A DNA stretch of 63,999 bases, counting the filler, from Circinaria calcarea (taxonomy: Eukaryota), in the NCBI GenBank assembly GCA_051942165.1. It is 9 parts of 9 records of this genome, joined end to end, with 100 filler letters (N's around TTAATTAATTAA, not from the genome) between each part and the next. Parts side by side here need not be neighbours in the genome. Positions count along the whole stretch, not along the records: positions 50,016 to 57,051 come from JAVECS010001427.1; positions 57,152 to 63,999 come from JAVECS010001474.1; 7 more parts are not named here. One strand, given 5' to 3'. Under the pieces are notes generated by a model. That model had not been told where the DNA came from. It was given only the letters and a program-made list of their open reading frames with translations, and did no database searches. A program made the position numbers and the translations under genes. The stretch's first letter is position 1. Every line of letters begins with the position of its first letter. Positions 50,237-63,498 of the stretch are shown here, one piece after another.

Positions 50237-52179
50237 CGTGAATCAGTAGACTTCAATTCTCTGTGATACAGGAGGGACGAAGGTGGAGAGAGTAAGGTAA
50301 CGCCTCAGCAGACGGTAAACACAATGGGTGTTTTAGGAACTGGTATCAACGTAACTAAAAACACGTTTGAAACAGACTTCGTAACCTCGAATTGGTTTGT
50401 TAGATTGTAGCTGTGCTACAATAAGTTACAGCAGAAAATGTAACTGAGGTGACTTGACAAAGTAAGGAAAACACCCGAAGGAAGATTGGAAGCAGTAAGT
50501 AAGTGTTATAGCATTTAAGGGCCGACACTTTTGGCCCAGAGTGCCGAGCTACTAGCGGTAGGGCAAACTCTGCATGTTTTATCTTAAAGGCTAGCCTTGA
50601 CACAACAATATATCTGGACGGCAATTCAGAAAACTACATATCGCAGTCATATTTTCAAGCCAAGCCGGCACATATGCTAAGCTAGGCTCAGAATACTTCT
50701 TACGGAAGGCTGCTTGTAAAAGCTCGTATCCGTTTTCAGGGATCCAAGTAGGGTTGGTTGAGGTACAACCAAGTTTGAAGAGAAACACGCGTGGACCAGA
50801 AGGCATATCACTAGTCATACGAGAATGCGATGCGTACCTGTACATCCTACCAAGTTCTTATAACGAAGGGAGAACCGTCCACGACATTTGCCGGACTTCC
50901 CCGAGTCCAAAGATAAGACACCCATCAGAAGTGGTAAGTAGGCGTGTCTCCGATTCAATCACTTTGCAGGAATATAATAAAGCTTATTAAAACACATACC
51001 ATAATCCTTGCTTCGAAATAATAGCTTTTTCTTCGACTGTTCTTCTTACCATTAGTAATACTTCATTGTGAGTGGGCCATCGAATTAATTATGAAAGTTG
51101 AGACTAATCATATATACAGACCTCTTGTCGTACGAGGATTTTGACCCAAGATCGAAATCTTATTATACCTATGCTGCGCAAATATATAGCGCCGTAATAA
51201 TATTATGAACTACTCTCGAAAACCACAGATGAGATTTCAATGAGGTAGCGAATCAACATACTGGAATGAGAGAATTCTGCTATTTTATTGGCGAAGAAAA
51301 GCGAGACCGAAAACTTGGGATATCCCTTTAGCGTTCTCAAATATTCCCATTAGAGCGTTTTAACTAGCTGCTTTAACTACATGTCTACTTCACTTATTTC
51401 CTTAACTGTTCACTCACTCTTGCCTACTTCTTTCTTATAACTTATTTAAACTGTTGGAATAACGATATGATTATTGCATATTCAGCTTAATCAATTATTG
51501 TAATGAAAACTAGTCATGCACTCTTTACAGCTTGTGATATTCGGAGTAGAATACAGACATATGGGTACTCGCTTTGCGTTCCCTCGATTCCCAGCAGTCA
51601 ATTTTCGAGGAAATTTTAAGCGCGAAATAGGCAATTAAATTAGAGCTGTACTATATACACAAAGGGGGACGTATTCTAGCTGCGTGTTTCTCGAGCAGGC
51701 AGGCGATACCATGCAGCCTCTGCCACGATGGTCACAATCTGAGCGATTAACTGGTCAGAAACACAGTACCGCCACAATGATTGCGGCTCGGGCCAAAGTC
51801 TGGGTATCACTGCAGTCTTCCAACAGCTGAATGCCTATGTCAAACCCCACCCTATGCAGAAGCCTCATGCTCAATTCCCGCAACCCCCCCGACTTCGCTA
51901 TTAGTCCGTGTCCCGTGATTTGACAAATGTCCACTTGAACAACGAATGAAGAACTTTCCACAGCGCAAGAGTGCAAGAGAAGTTTTCTGGTGAAAACGAA
52001 GGCCTTCGATACGAAAAAGACCTCTGCGGCTGATTTCGTAATATTATGCTTTGGGAATCCCACGCGTGTGGCCTCGCTCGTCGACAAGATTGATTTTCCC
52101 GTAAAGATCTGCACTATCAAGCATGTTCATCTCTTCAGCCGGAAATAAATCATCACCAGGCAGCTCCAATGCCTAAGGG

Positions 52180-54375
52180 AAGTCATCGTCGGTAAGCGCG
52201 AAGCCTAGAGTAGGAATAATCGAGAAGTTTTGATTTAGGTCCTGCTGAAGGTCCTGGTAAAAGTCATCGTCTACTGATGTGGGGCTCACGGTAGGTCTGG
52301 TTGGGAAATACTCGCGGATCGTCATCTGCAGAGTCTCTCAGATGTTGTCTTCTCCTGGTGTAGAGGCTCCAGCAGACTCGGTTGACCAAAAGTCATCTCC
52401 AGGTAGCTGCTGGAGCTGGTGAACTTCATCTTCTACTGGGACCGCAATAAGCCTATTAACGGTTGAGGATCCGGTAGCATACAATGCTGGATTTTGACCT
52501 CTAAGCCCATCTTCTTCTTCCTGCAGCTTTCCCTCGGCGGCGATACCTTGTTGATATCTGACTTTAATGGCATCCACTGAAGATACTAGCTGGGTCGGGC
52601 TTATTTTAGGATCCTCTGAAGGTAACTGTTCATAGAGTCCAGAATTGCTACCTGAAAGTTCATTGTTCGCGGTGGTTGGCTGCAGTGGTTACGTCAACTT
52701 GTCCCCAATCAAACTCTTAACAAAGGCATCCGTCTGAGCAAATTGGTAGTCGAGTGCCGGGTCATTGTTCAGTGGTAAATCGTCTTGAGGTGGTAAAATG
52801 CTCATTAGGGCGTCAATAGCCTCGTCTCCGTACAGCGTTGGAGTTCCTGTATTGGTGTAGGAATCCTCACGTGTAGTCGCCATTCCCTCTGTCAGCATAT
52901 ATGCTTGGTTATTTACATTTTCCTCAGCACTCCTGCTGGTACCTCTACTTGAGGGAGACATCTAGTATTACCAGTAGGTTTCTCACCATTCGCTGTAAGT
53001 TGGTTCCCGGACTCAACGGGAAATCGACTCATGAGTCGACGATCTCTGCTCTTATCAATGGTACTTCGGCTTGATAGTCCAGTAGGAGCTCCCTGGAAAG
53101 TATGGATAGCAGCTAGCGATGGGACAGTAGGCCGACGATTGACAAATCGAGATTCTTTGGGCGGATCGATTGGATTTGCATTCGAGGTGACGGCGTAAGC
53201 TGTCCCAGAGTCATAACGTGGTGTGACCACCTCTCTAATAAGTGCAGGATCAGTGGAATTTGCAGGAGGTCTGTAGCGTTGAGTGGGACGCCCATGACGG
53301 TTCTTGCCTCTAGAGACGTTTTGATTTTCAGAATAAGCTTTGCTGACTGCTCCTGATGGACCATGATCTGGATGCTGATAGGATCTAGTGGGGATACCCT
53401 GAATGTTGATAGTAGATGGTGACTGCTTCCAGCTCGTGTTGGAGTACTCCTATCATACTTAGTCTCTAGATTACATTAGTGAAAGTAAAGAAAGCTTACC
53501 TGGTAAATGCTCTGACCGGACGTATTTCCGTAGTCTCCTTTCTCACTATCTAGTATGTTCCGTGTGGTCATGAACTCGGGCTGGTTCGATACTGATGATT
53601 GAGAAACGGAATGTCCGTTCGTTAAGGGGGAAATGGTAGTGTAGCCAGCTAAATCATTAATAGAAGTATCTCGGGAACAAAACAAACAACATGGTGGGCA
53701 AAGAGGGATGGTGTTGGTGAACTTGAATGGCTCCGGTATACCCGATTGATTGAGATGGCCAAATCTCAATCGATAAAGTTCCCGATTGTCTACAGCCTTA
53801 GGCTTTTCCCCTTCTTGGCCTTGAGCTGCCGTCGATGAAATTTTCGCTGCAACTTTCTTCCTCCTTGGTGTTTTCAAGCTTTGAGAAGCTACACCATGGC
53901 GGTATCTCTCATTATTCAAGTAGCAAACTCGTCTATTGTAGATGACCGATCTACCCATGTTTAACATAGGGCGAACCCTATCAGTAGCGGCTGCAGCCAG
54001 TCTTGGACGTTAGGCGGGCCACATATTGAAAGCTGACTCACCGCCTGTCTCAGCGCCGTATTCCATGAATGTCAGGCATCGTTTGGAGGATCTTTTTTCA
54101 TTGGTATCCGGCATAGTGGCGTTGCGCTTCTTTGTAGCCAATTGCCACCCTTCTGATGTTTGTAATACAATCACGTCTGCTTCAGGCTCATCGTTTTTAC
54201 CAAGAGGCTCAGCTTCTCGCCGTCTCTTCGATGATCGTGACACTTGTACGGCAGTGTTACCATCCACTACCTCAATTTCTTCGTCAACCCCTACATCTCC
54301 TCTCTTTCTCTTGGCTGGCCCGAGACCAGTGTTACTTTGTTGACCACGGTTCTGATAGAAAGGACCCGGCATCAC
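52180..54375 (-). pseudogene. Fragmented low-complexity hypothetical gene
   Basis: Six co-oriented ORF pieces of disordered, NLS-like composition (AKRKR, SKRRR) separated by stops or frame changes. Confidence 0.4.
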
Positions 54376-57051
54376 ACTGTTGACGCTTGATCGCCGGTCT
54401 AATTCATGATTTAGATCACGACAATGGTTGGTCGATGAAGAGCTTGCTACTTTGTGTTAGCATAGCTTCTTCGTGGTTAACTAAGTCTTGCCGGTATTGC
54501 CTACTGAGAAACCCGTACAAGCTGGCCTACTAGTAGTATTCCAGATAGCTAATCAAGTGGCACGATGAACTATCAATGCTATGAAGGTATGTTAGAAGTC
54601 TGATTGTTAGAGACATGTAAGCTGTGTTCGGTGCAGAGCATTGAGGGGTAACTAACATCTTCGTGAGCCGATTTTGATATGCATTTTAAGCTACAATTAA
54701 GCTGAGGTCTAATAGCTGTATCGTAACTATTGCTCTCAGTCAAGTCTGATCGGAAATCTGTAAGATCAACGATATGGAGATTTGGTGTGGAAGTTGAAAG
54801 CTACGAAGAAATGGATGGATAAATACTGACGGGACTAACGTGCTTCCAAGTGTTGTGGAAAGATATCAATACGGTCAAATTATTACGAGCGTGTGTTCAG
54901 CGGCGGCAGCAGCCTAGAAGATAGGAGCATGGCAATACAGTGCTAAGAAATCTGTCACCTGACCAGCTCGTGGAGACAACCGTAATGAACCATTCAGCGC
55001 AAAGCGACAACGAACAGTGTATTTCACAAAACCCCTCCTTCCGAATCTCGATGCTATACAAAAATTAGTGGTGGGAGTTTCAACCATATTTGAAGCCTAT
55101 ACTTATGCAAGCAGGTACCAATCGGCAGTGTCCATATTTGGTGCTCCACAACGTTCAGCAAGCTCTCTGACTGCTTCAACATATTTGGTCCCGCTCTCTG
55201 TCATCTACATCAGTTACCGGCATCGACGAGCCATAGATCGGATCAGAAGCTTACCTGCCTGACCTCAAGCACAAACTATACTACACTGTCCAATTAGGGG
55301 GTAAAGCATGGACCACTCCTCAAAAGCCCCTAGATGCAGCTATACTCATCAAACTCCTGTTCTGTTTCTGCGCTCGGAATATTTCAACAAAGACCGCTTT
55401 ATCTTCTTCGATACGTACTCACCCAGTCCTTGCCGGTCAACTATATTTGGGACTTCCGCTCGTCTGAAGCACCCTTGACTTACAGAGAGGTTGTCACCTA
55501 GCTTTTACCATCTATCTCCTTCATGCGAGCCTACCTAGGGGGCGGCGTATTCATATATAGACAGACTCCTTAAACTGGAAGACCCGTATGGGACGTCCTC
55601 TTCTCAATCCATCATAGGCGTGTTTGTGTCAGCTTTAACGGGATCGTATAAGTATTTACCCTAAACATTAGATTCGATTCCGTTCGTGCACTCCTCGATA
55701 AGTGAGTACTTCTCACACATCAATAGTCTTCAAGTTCTGACATTGTGGGCAGCTAATCGAAGGAACCCTCATCCAAGAGGCACGGAAATATCCTTACAAT
55801 GTTTGAAAACGTTAAGAACCAGAAACAAATCGTCATCAAGAGGTTTCCGAGGAAGACAAGTGCCGAGCGTATCTCAAGAGACACTGCAGATGGAACAAGA
55901 GAAACCTATATCAAGATGAGGGACCTCCTTCATCCACGATTCTGGCAGAGTATAGTGGTCGATGCCCTAAAGCTTTGAATCCCAAACCACCACTGCTGTC
56001 CGGGAGCTCCTTATCGTCTAGCCCTGTTTCCCAAGCAAAGCATTCTTCTACTGCGAGTCGGCAAAATCAAGGTATCAAAAGTATGTCTAGCAATAAGAAA
56101 GTTTCAGGCAAGAAGTTTCAAGTCTTCACAGCAATCTTTGATAGCGCACGCAGCTACGAACGTTGCGAAACAGCAAACAGGAAGAAACTCATACATAAAA
56201 AATTACTAGCTGCATAGAGCTCATCCTGACGGAGAACGCGACTGCCAAACTTCTTGCGCTGCCGTTGGATTACCTTTGTCCCCTTGCCCAAACAGCAATC
56301 TGAAGAATCCAGCAAACGTCATCTAGTTAACCTAGAAAGCAACCCCATCATACTAGTGGCTTATGGGCCCCATAATATAATCATTGAAGGTCCTAGACTC
56401 GATACTGGATAAGCTATCGCATGTCATTGGGGTTCTGGCTGCAGTCAGGGAAAGTCGAACTAGGGGTTACTTATCCCCGAAGCATGCCAGAAGGGTCAAG
56501 CTTAGTCGCTACCCCTTGTGCCCTTAAACCGTTGCTCAGGCTATAAAGGGGGTTTATGGTTCCCCGCACAAATTACTATGTGAATGTGTAAATAGCTTCC
56601 TCTCCTCCTTGAATCTCCCTACGGATTGCTTACCATGACCAAAGAAAAAGCTTAGTTCGGAAAGGCTGCTCAGCACACTACACTATGAGGCTATTTTTCT
56701 GACTCATCTACCTATTTCTCTGAATTATGTATGAGTAGGGAATCATCGTACCATTGCTTACATATAGGATCTTGGAGAGTACACTCCTGCATCGAGATTA
56801 TCACTTGCCCAATAGTGAAAAGTCGGTAACTTCAGAGGTTTGCGCTAGCCAGTACGTATGACTCCAACTATGATCATATCTTTTCGGCCTCCAGTATGGA
56901 TATTGCTTCTTCACTTCTCCACCAACCTCCTTCCGACCCTGGAAAGCTGAACTTCTCCATGCTCGCCTCCTTCATCGCTACACTATAGCCAGCGCTAGTG
57001 GGGGTTTGATAGTATCCATCCTTTATGATAGCAGGATAATGAAAATGCTCA

Positions 57052-57151
57052 NNNNNNNNNNNNNNNNNNNNNNNNNNNNNNNNNNNNNNNNNNNNTTAAT
57101 TAATTAANNNNNNNNNNNNNNNNNNNNNNNNNNNNNNNNNNNNNNNNNNNN
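57052..57151. other. Artificial contig linker
   Basis: N44-TTAATTAATTAA-N44. Confidence 0.98.
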
Positions 57152-58203
57152 GACTCAAGCTCCGAAAGGTCGGTGAAGGCTCCTATGGCGAAGTGTACCG
57201 TGCTACAGCTCCCTCCGGTGAATCCGTGATCTTCAAGCTTGTACCGTTGAGAGCAAGGAAAGGTCCGGGATCGAAATCGCACACTGCCATCAAGGATGCT
57301 GTAAACGAAGTTAGGCTGTTGGAGAGGATGTGTGAAGTTCCTGGACTTGTCGAATATCGCGGTGGAGCCATATTAATTGGGAAGGTCCCTGCAACGCTGG
57401 TCTCTGAATGGCACGCCTACAAGCAAACCAGCAGAACGGCCGAAGCCAAGAACCCTGCCCACAAATCCTCTTACCCTGCGACTCAGTTATGGCTGGCACT
57501 TGAGATGTCTGACGCGGGCGAAGATTTGAGTCATTACCGACCTCCTGATGCACCAAACGCTTTTTCCTGGGAAACATACTTATCCGTACAGAGGATTTGG
57601 GACATATTTTGGCAAGTGGTAGGCATACTGGCCAGAGCAGAGACGCACGCAGAATTCGAGCACAGAGACCTACACTTTGGCAATATATGCATCAAAGACA
57701 CACGAGACCAGCCTGACGTAGAAAATCTCGACCTCGTCCCTAACAAAGACCCTACACCTTTCAAACTTGACAACACAGGCCTTCAAGTCACCATAATCGA
57801 TTATACCTTGGCACGTGCCAAGGTCATGGAGGACCAAGCCCTCTTCACCGACTTGAGCCAAGATAAGGATCTAATCTTGGCGAGAGACCAGACATACAGA
57901 TACATGGAGGAGGTGGTTGGCCTGGGAGGCTGGAGAGAGTTCAGACCGGAGACGAACGTTATGTGGCTGCAACAACTTGTAAAAAAGTTGCTCGATAAAA
58001 CAACGAAGCTATCGAAAGATGCGTGGTATACAGAAGGAGATGACATCACGGTAACACGCAAAATGAGGCAGATTCTCGAGAACGTAGAAGGCATGATTCG
58101 AAGTGAGGAGTGGGAGAAGTGGAAAGTCAGGTCAGCAACGGACCTACTAGATTTGAGTGTACAGAGAGGGTGGTTGAACCTAGAGGAATTTGTCAAGGGA
58201 TAA
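57152..58203 (+). CDS. Haspin-like atypical protein kinase (5' truncated)
   Basis: KVGEGSYGEVY, FKLVPL, EFEHRDLHFGNICI, haspin-type IIDYTLAR, W..FRPETNVMWL. Confidence 0.85.
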
Positions 58204-58515
58204 AGGAGGAACGAGATATGATGGAATGACCATTACGAAGTTACGAAGTATGCGATGTCAATAGATTTCAGATGTCGAGGGAGGAAGGTTTGCTACGGGC
58301 ACCTGGTGGGTAGAAGCGTGCCATTACTATTAAGGTTTCTAGCCGCCGCCGTATCGAGGTGGGACATGACGCTCTGTATACAACTATGCATGTGCTCTCA
58401 GGATCACAAGACCGTGAGAACAGGCAGCTCTAATTCAGACTGTTTACAATGATAAGCAGCGTATTATCACTATTGTCATGTAACAAACTCTCACACAGAG
58501 ATAGCTGAGTTCGAC

Positions 58516-59949
58516 ATGAACCGAATCTCCAAAGCCTTCAGGCGGCGTCGAGTATCTCAGTCGTATGAACCATTACAAGATGGGAGCATATCTAGTGATG
58601 AGACTCTTCTTGGAGGCCCATCAAAGACGCGCTTCTCATGGCTGGAATACTTCATATTCCTGCTTCTTGGCACCTCCATGCTATGGGCCTGGTAACTCAC
58701 GCCTTCCACCTTGACCTTACCCTGATCTACTAGGTTCTCGTCCAGCATTGCTAACATATTCGTTTTTCACTCTAGGAATATGTTTCTCGCCGCCGCTCCG
58801 TACTTTCAATCGCGCTTCTCCTCCTCGCCCTGGATCTTGACTCACTTCCAGTCGGGCATAATCTCTGTCTCCACTGTCACGAACTTGGGCTCCATGCTCC
58901 TCCTTACCAAACTCCAGAAAAATGCCTCGTATCCTAAACGCATTGTCGCGTCCCTAATACTCAACATCATCTGCTTCACCCTTCTAGCCCTCTCCACTGC
59001 ACTCTTCAGAGATGTGTCCGCAGATGGCTACTTTGCATTCTTGATGGTTATGGTCTTTACGGCCAGTCTGGCTACAGGACTCTGCCAAAACGGCGTTTTC
59101 GCATTTGTTACAGGTTTTGGGGTAGGGGAATACACTCAGGCGATCATGACAGGGCAGGCCGTCGCAGGCGTCCTACCTTGTATCGCACAGATCGTTTCGG
59201 TGCTCTCAGTGTCCAGCCAAGATGATGAGGAGGGAGCAGGCCAAGAAAGCCCCAAATCAGCATCTGCATACTTTTTAACGGCAACAGCAGTCTCTGCACT
59301 AGCGTTGGTCGCTTTCATGTATCTCGCACGGCAACATAGGGGCAACAGTGCCGCCAAAGGAGCACTGGAAAGCGTTGAGGGAGTGGAAGAGGAAGAGCAG
59401 GCTGAGCGCAAGGTGGTGGGCATGTTGACACTGTTCAAGAAGCTAAGATGGCTTGCGCTGGGCGTGTTCTTCTGTTTTGCTGTGACGATGGTATTTCCTG
59501 TGTTTACGCAGGAAATTCTAAGCGTGCGGTCCCCGGAGACGTCTTCAAGACTTTTCCAACCAGCGTCCTTCATTCCCCTCGCACTTCTACTCTGGAACGC
59601 CGGCGATTTAGCAGGTAGGCTGGCAACATTAATCCCGAATCTTGCCCTAGTTCACTATCCTCGGACCGTGTTTCTGATCTCTATACTACGGATTGCTTTC
59701 ATTCCCTTATATCTTTTGTGCAACATTCGTGGACGCGGCGCCATCATAGCAAGTGACTCCTTTTACCTTTTTGTTGTACAGTTTCTCTTTGGTATCACGA
59801 ACGGTTATTTGGGATCTACATGCATGATTGGCGCATCGGAGTGGGTCGAGGTCGAGGAAAGGGAAGCTGCGGGTGGGTTTATGGTGTTGATGCTTGTGGG
59901 AGGATTGACAGTAGGGAGTTTATTAAGCTTTCTCGCTGCGATGGCATAG
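58516..59949 (+). CDS. FUN26: Equilibrative nucleoside transporter Fun26; intron 58692-58775
   Basis: LLGTSMLWAW/NMFLAAAPYF, QAIMTGQAVAG, WNAGDLAGR, LFGITNGY, EREAAGGFM. Confidence 0.92.
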
Positions 59950-60379
59950 AGAGGTCTGTCTTTGTCAGGAGTTCAAACCAAGACTGTACCGGGAACGTAC
60001 AGTTCAGGGTAAGGGGATATTTTCGAACCCAGCCTATAGATCCGAAGTTGGACACCTCCAAGTCCGCCATTTTTTACACGGTTATTTCCAACCAAATTGC
60101 TTAACCTTAAGATTGATTATCTTGTATTCTGTGCAATAGAGCATACACACCTGGACCTGTGAAGACTCCTCATCATCCTAAAACTTCTCGCAGACGTAGC
60201 AGGCGGGTATCCGCTTATCGCTGAGGCTCCCCCGGTACGAGCATGCGCCAGGTATCTATCACAGTGTACCAGCCTTGCTGGAGAGAGCCCCTTGAAGTTT
60301 CGTACAGCTAGGACCTGTCCTAATTATGCTTAACCGAGCATGGTATACCCGGCCGTAGTTCACCGCTAAAAGTAATAGT

Positions 60380-60619
60380 TGAGGGGTTTCGCAGATTTGT
60401 GTAAGAAGAAATTAGGTAAGAGCAACCAATGAAATTTCTTACTAAGTGCTAGTGCAACATAGCTCTTGTGTAAGTTAACACAGGAGCTATGCTGCACTAT
60501 ACTGTCTGAAATAGTCGGTAGAATAGAAAGGGGTAGAATTGCTTAGCTTCTTCGGGCATTTATTATTCCTTACCCTACGTTACATTAGTTTAACCAACAA
60601 AAATCTGCGAAACCCCTCA
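60380..60619. mobile_element. MITE copy D (240 bp), same family as A-C
   Basis: Perfect 19-bp TIRs tgaggggtttcgcagattt / aaatctgcgaaacccctca; exact AGT duplication at 60377-60379 and 60620-60622; palindrome at 60458-60491; shares tgtgtaagaagaa with copy B. Confidence 0.88.
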
Positions 60620-61119
60620 AGTGAACCATTCCTTCGTACGTGGAACTACAGTAGTAAGCGTTAGATAGAAACCGCTGATATAACGCCCCAATGCCTCGAT
60701 TGAAACTCTTGTCCGTATCATAGGATGTGTATATCACTGCCCGGCTTCAATAGCTAGTGACGCGTCTTTTCTGTCATGCCGGCAGTGGCCGTTTCCATAC
60801 AGACTATTCTACGTCACTGGTCAAATTGCTGGGTGGGGGAGTCGTGAGACTCTGGCTAGTAACAGCCTCCCACAGGAACTCTTTATACCTTGTTTTGCAT
60901 TTGTCTCTAGAACGTACTACATCGCTATTCTGAACTTCCACATGTAGGCCGGTTGGCCGACTCGCATCGACCAATAACGGCATTGCTTAACCACCTGTGG
61001 CATGGGCTTAGCCGCCCTCATGCAGCGTGATACTGTTCAATCGTGATATCCTCACATTATATACAAATACACAATATAGCTCCTTTCTCTTCTTTGATTT
61101 CGTCTCGTTTCTAAATACA

Positions 61120-63498
61120 ATGTCTAGTAGTATAAGTCTTCAGGCAGATCTGGGGACCCTTGGGGTAGCGGGTCTCGGGGCTTTCACCCAAGTACTCACC
61201 GCAATCACCGCGGACAATGTAGCCCCGATGGCCCTGATACAAGTAGAGCAGCTTGGAGGCCTTTTCCTTTGCAGTGGCAAGTTTTACAAAAGAATGCCAG
61301 ATCTCCTTCGACAGTCGTCCTCATATCGAATGGAACGCCTCGGACTAATGGTAGGCTGGCGAAAGAACGATGCTCCATCCTATCTCGCGAATACTGCTGG
61401 CGGACAATCAATAGCGTTGCTCATAGCATGTCTTCAAAATCTCGGATCAGGCAGCCAGGTTGGAGAAATCTGCCATACGCTGTGTAGGAAGATGCTTTCA
61501 CATGAGCACAATATTGTGAGCACTTGAGTACTTTCCAATCTACAGATTGAACGACAACTAAGCCTTGAATAGGCTAGTCCTTACCAGCTAGCTGAAGTCA
61601 GCAAATGCATTTTTGCAAAAGTAAACTCTGTGGGATTTACACACCATCTAGCAGATACCGTGACCCGTATACGCCAGGTCTACCTGAATCTTCAAAAGAA
61701 TGCGCCTCCCCAATTACTCGAAGGCCCGTCTGATGATGGCCTGGTTGATTTCCTGGACGGTATGTCTCGTGCTTTACGAGACTCTGATACACTACTCCGT
61801 GTTACGGGCATATCTGGAATGGCTACTATAGCGTCGTTGGCGCTCCTTATTTGCCCAGAAGATACTACTTTATCCGTGGAGCAGATCGTTATTCATCAAG
61901 GGTCCCGCCTGAGCGTTTTGATCGAGATTGAAGGCGCTGATAACCTCCTACCGTTTGCATCAGACGTGGTAACAACGTTTGATCTTGAAACTGTACTGTC
62001 TGGGTCCAATCGCATACACACAATAAATGTGGAGACTAGGGATCTACATTACCCAATAAAGTCTCGATCCAAGCACTACACGTATCTATGGGACTCTTGG
62101 CTACTGGACACAGCTAAGCTTCGTTTCATGGAACACGGATTTGTCTTTCCTGAAAGTGGTGCTATGTTGATCGCTAGCATGATAGCATGTTTGCATTACT
62201 CCATCGACGTCTTTCCAGAGAGGTCGGAAAACGGCGATAAGCTCATTGGATTGACTGCTGCAGCATTGCTTGGTCCAGACGCCAGCGCAAGACTTTCAGT
62301 ATTCTGTAAGGAAACTTTAGGGGCGGAACCTTTTCATCAACGTCGGAGTATTGAAGAGCTAGCGAAGGCATTGGTTGACGAGTGTTCTCTTGAGCATGAG
62401 CATTTTGTAAGTCATGAGTCGTGGGGCCGCTGGGCATATGACTGGAGGAAAAGCCAGCTCATGTATGATCTGGCGTCTCTAATACTAGATGGATTCGTAG
62501 CTGTCTTCATCAACCCAGGTAGAGGAGTTACTATGACGAGCCGACGCAAACCGTACAAGAAACCAAGAGGACCAGACAGTCCTGCAGAAGAAGCCAGATA
62601 CGTCAGCCCAACTACAGATCAACTCGCTTCAGATCTTTGCGCAGAAGTATGCCGATTAGAATCTTCAGAGGGTGGCCACAGACTTCTTTCAATGATATAT
62701 GGATTATTACAGACCGACGGTCCTATATGGGTTGATACGGTACAGCACAGGAAAGAGGAATTGCCTTATCCCAGGTGTTACGAAAACTTTGGACAAGGAA
62801 GCGATTGCTGTGTTCTATATCCCGCAATACTTGATGACATGACGATATCCCCCCATACTGGACTTGTCCTCCGTCTGGAACCTGGACATTTCTTATTCCA
62901 AGGCCGCCGCTACCAAAATCTTAGGGCCCAGAGCCTGGGAAAATTCTATGACGCAAAGCCTGCAAACAGCCTCTCATGGCCGCTGAAGGCATCAAATATT
63001 GGCAAACATAGCGATTCCACCCTAACAGTACACGAGCGTCACAACACGATCGAGTTTCGACTGACCGTCATGACTGATGGAATGCAGGAAAAACTAAACA
63101 TACCCAGTCTAGTGACGGGAGCTTGTATAATTGAAACCCTTGCCCCTTGCGAACACCGCAGGGACGATCCACTCTCGGCCATGGATGCAGCACAAGATGA
63201 CGTGGGAACCCCAGTCCGAATCGTAGGAGTGGAAATGTACTGGAAGACCCGCTCGCCAGATCCCTGGAACCCCCAAGACCTGCGCAGGTCAAGTACAGTC
63301 GCGTTCGCACTTACAAAGGGGAATGCAGAAGCACAGCTCTTCACGTTGGCAATGTTCGCTTGCGGTCCGTTTGCGGGAAGACAAGATGGCGGCAGTAGCA
63401 ACTACTGGCGCTACTTCATGCAAGGGGATTGCTGCATGAAGTGTGCTCTGGAGCGCTTACGGGATACCTATCATAGCAGCCTTATTATACTGACTTAG
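61120..63498 (+). CDS. Hypothetical protein of about 770 aa; intron 61516-61572
   Basis: Two ORFs join in frame across a GT-AG intron; motifs ADNVAPMA, GWRKNDA...TAGGQ and terminal CCMKCA; no function recognised. Confidence 0.75.
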
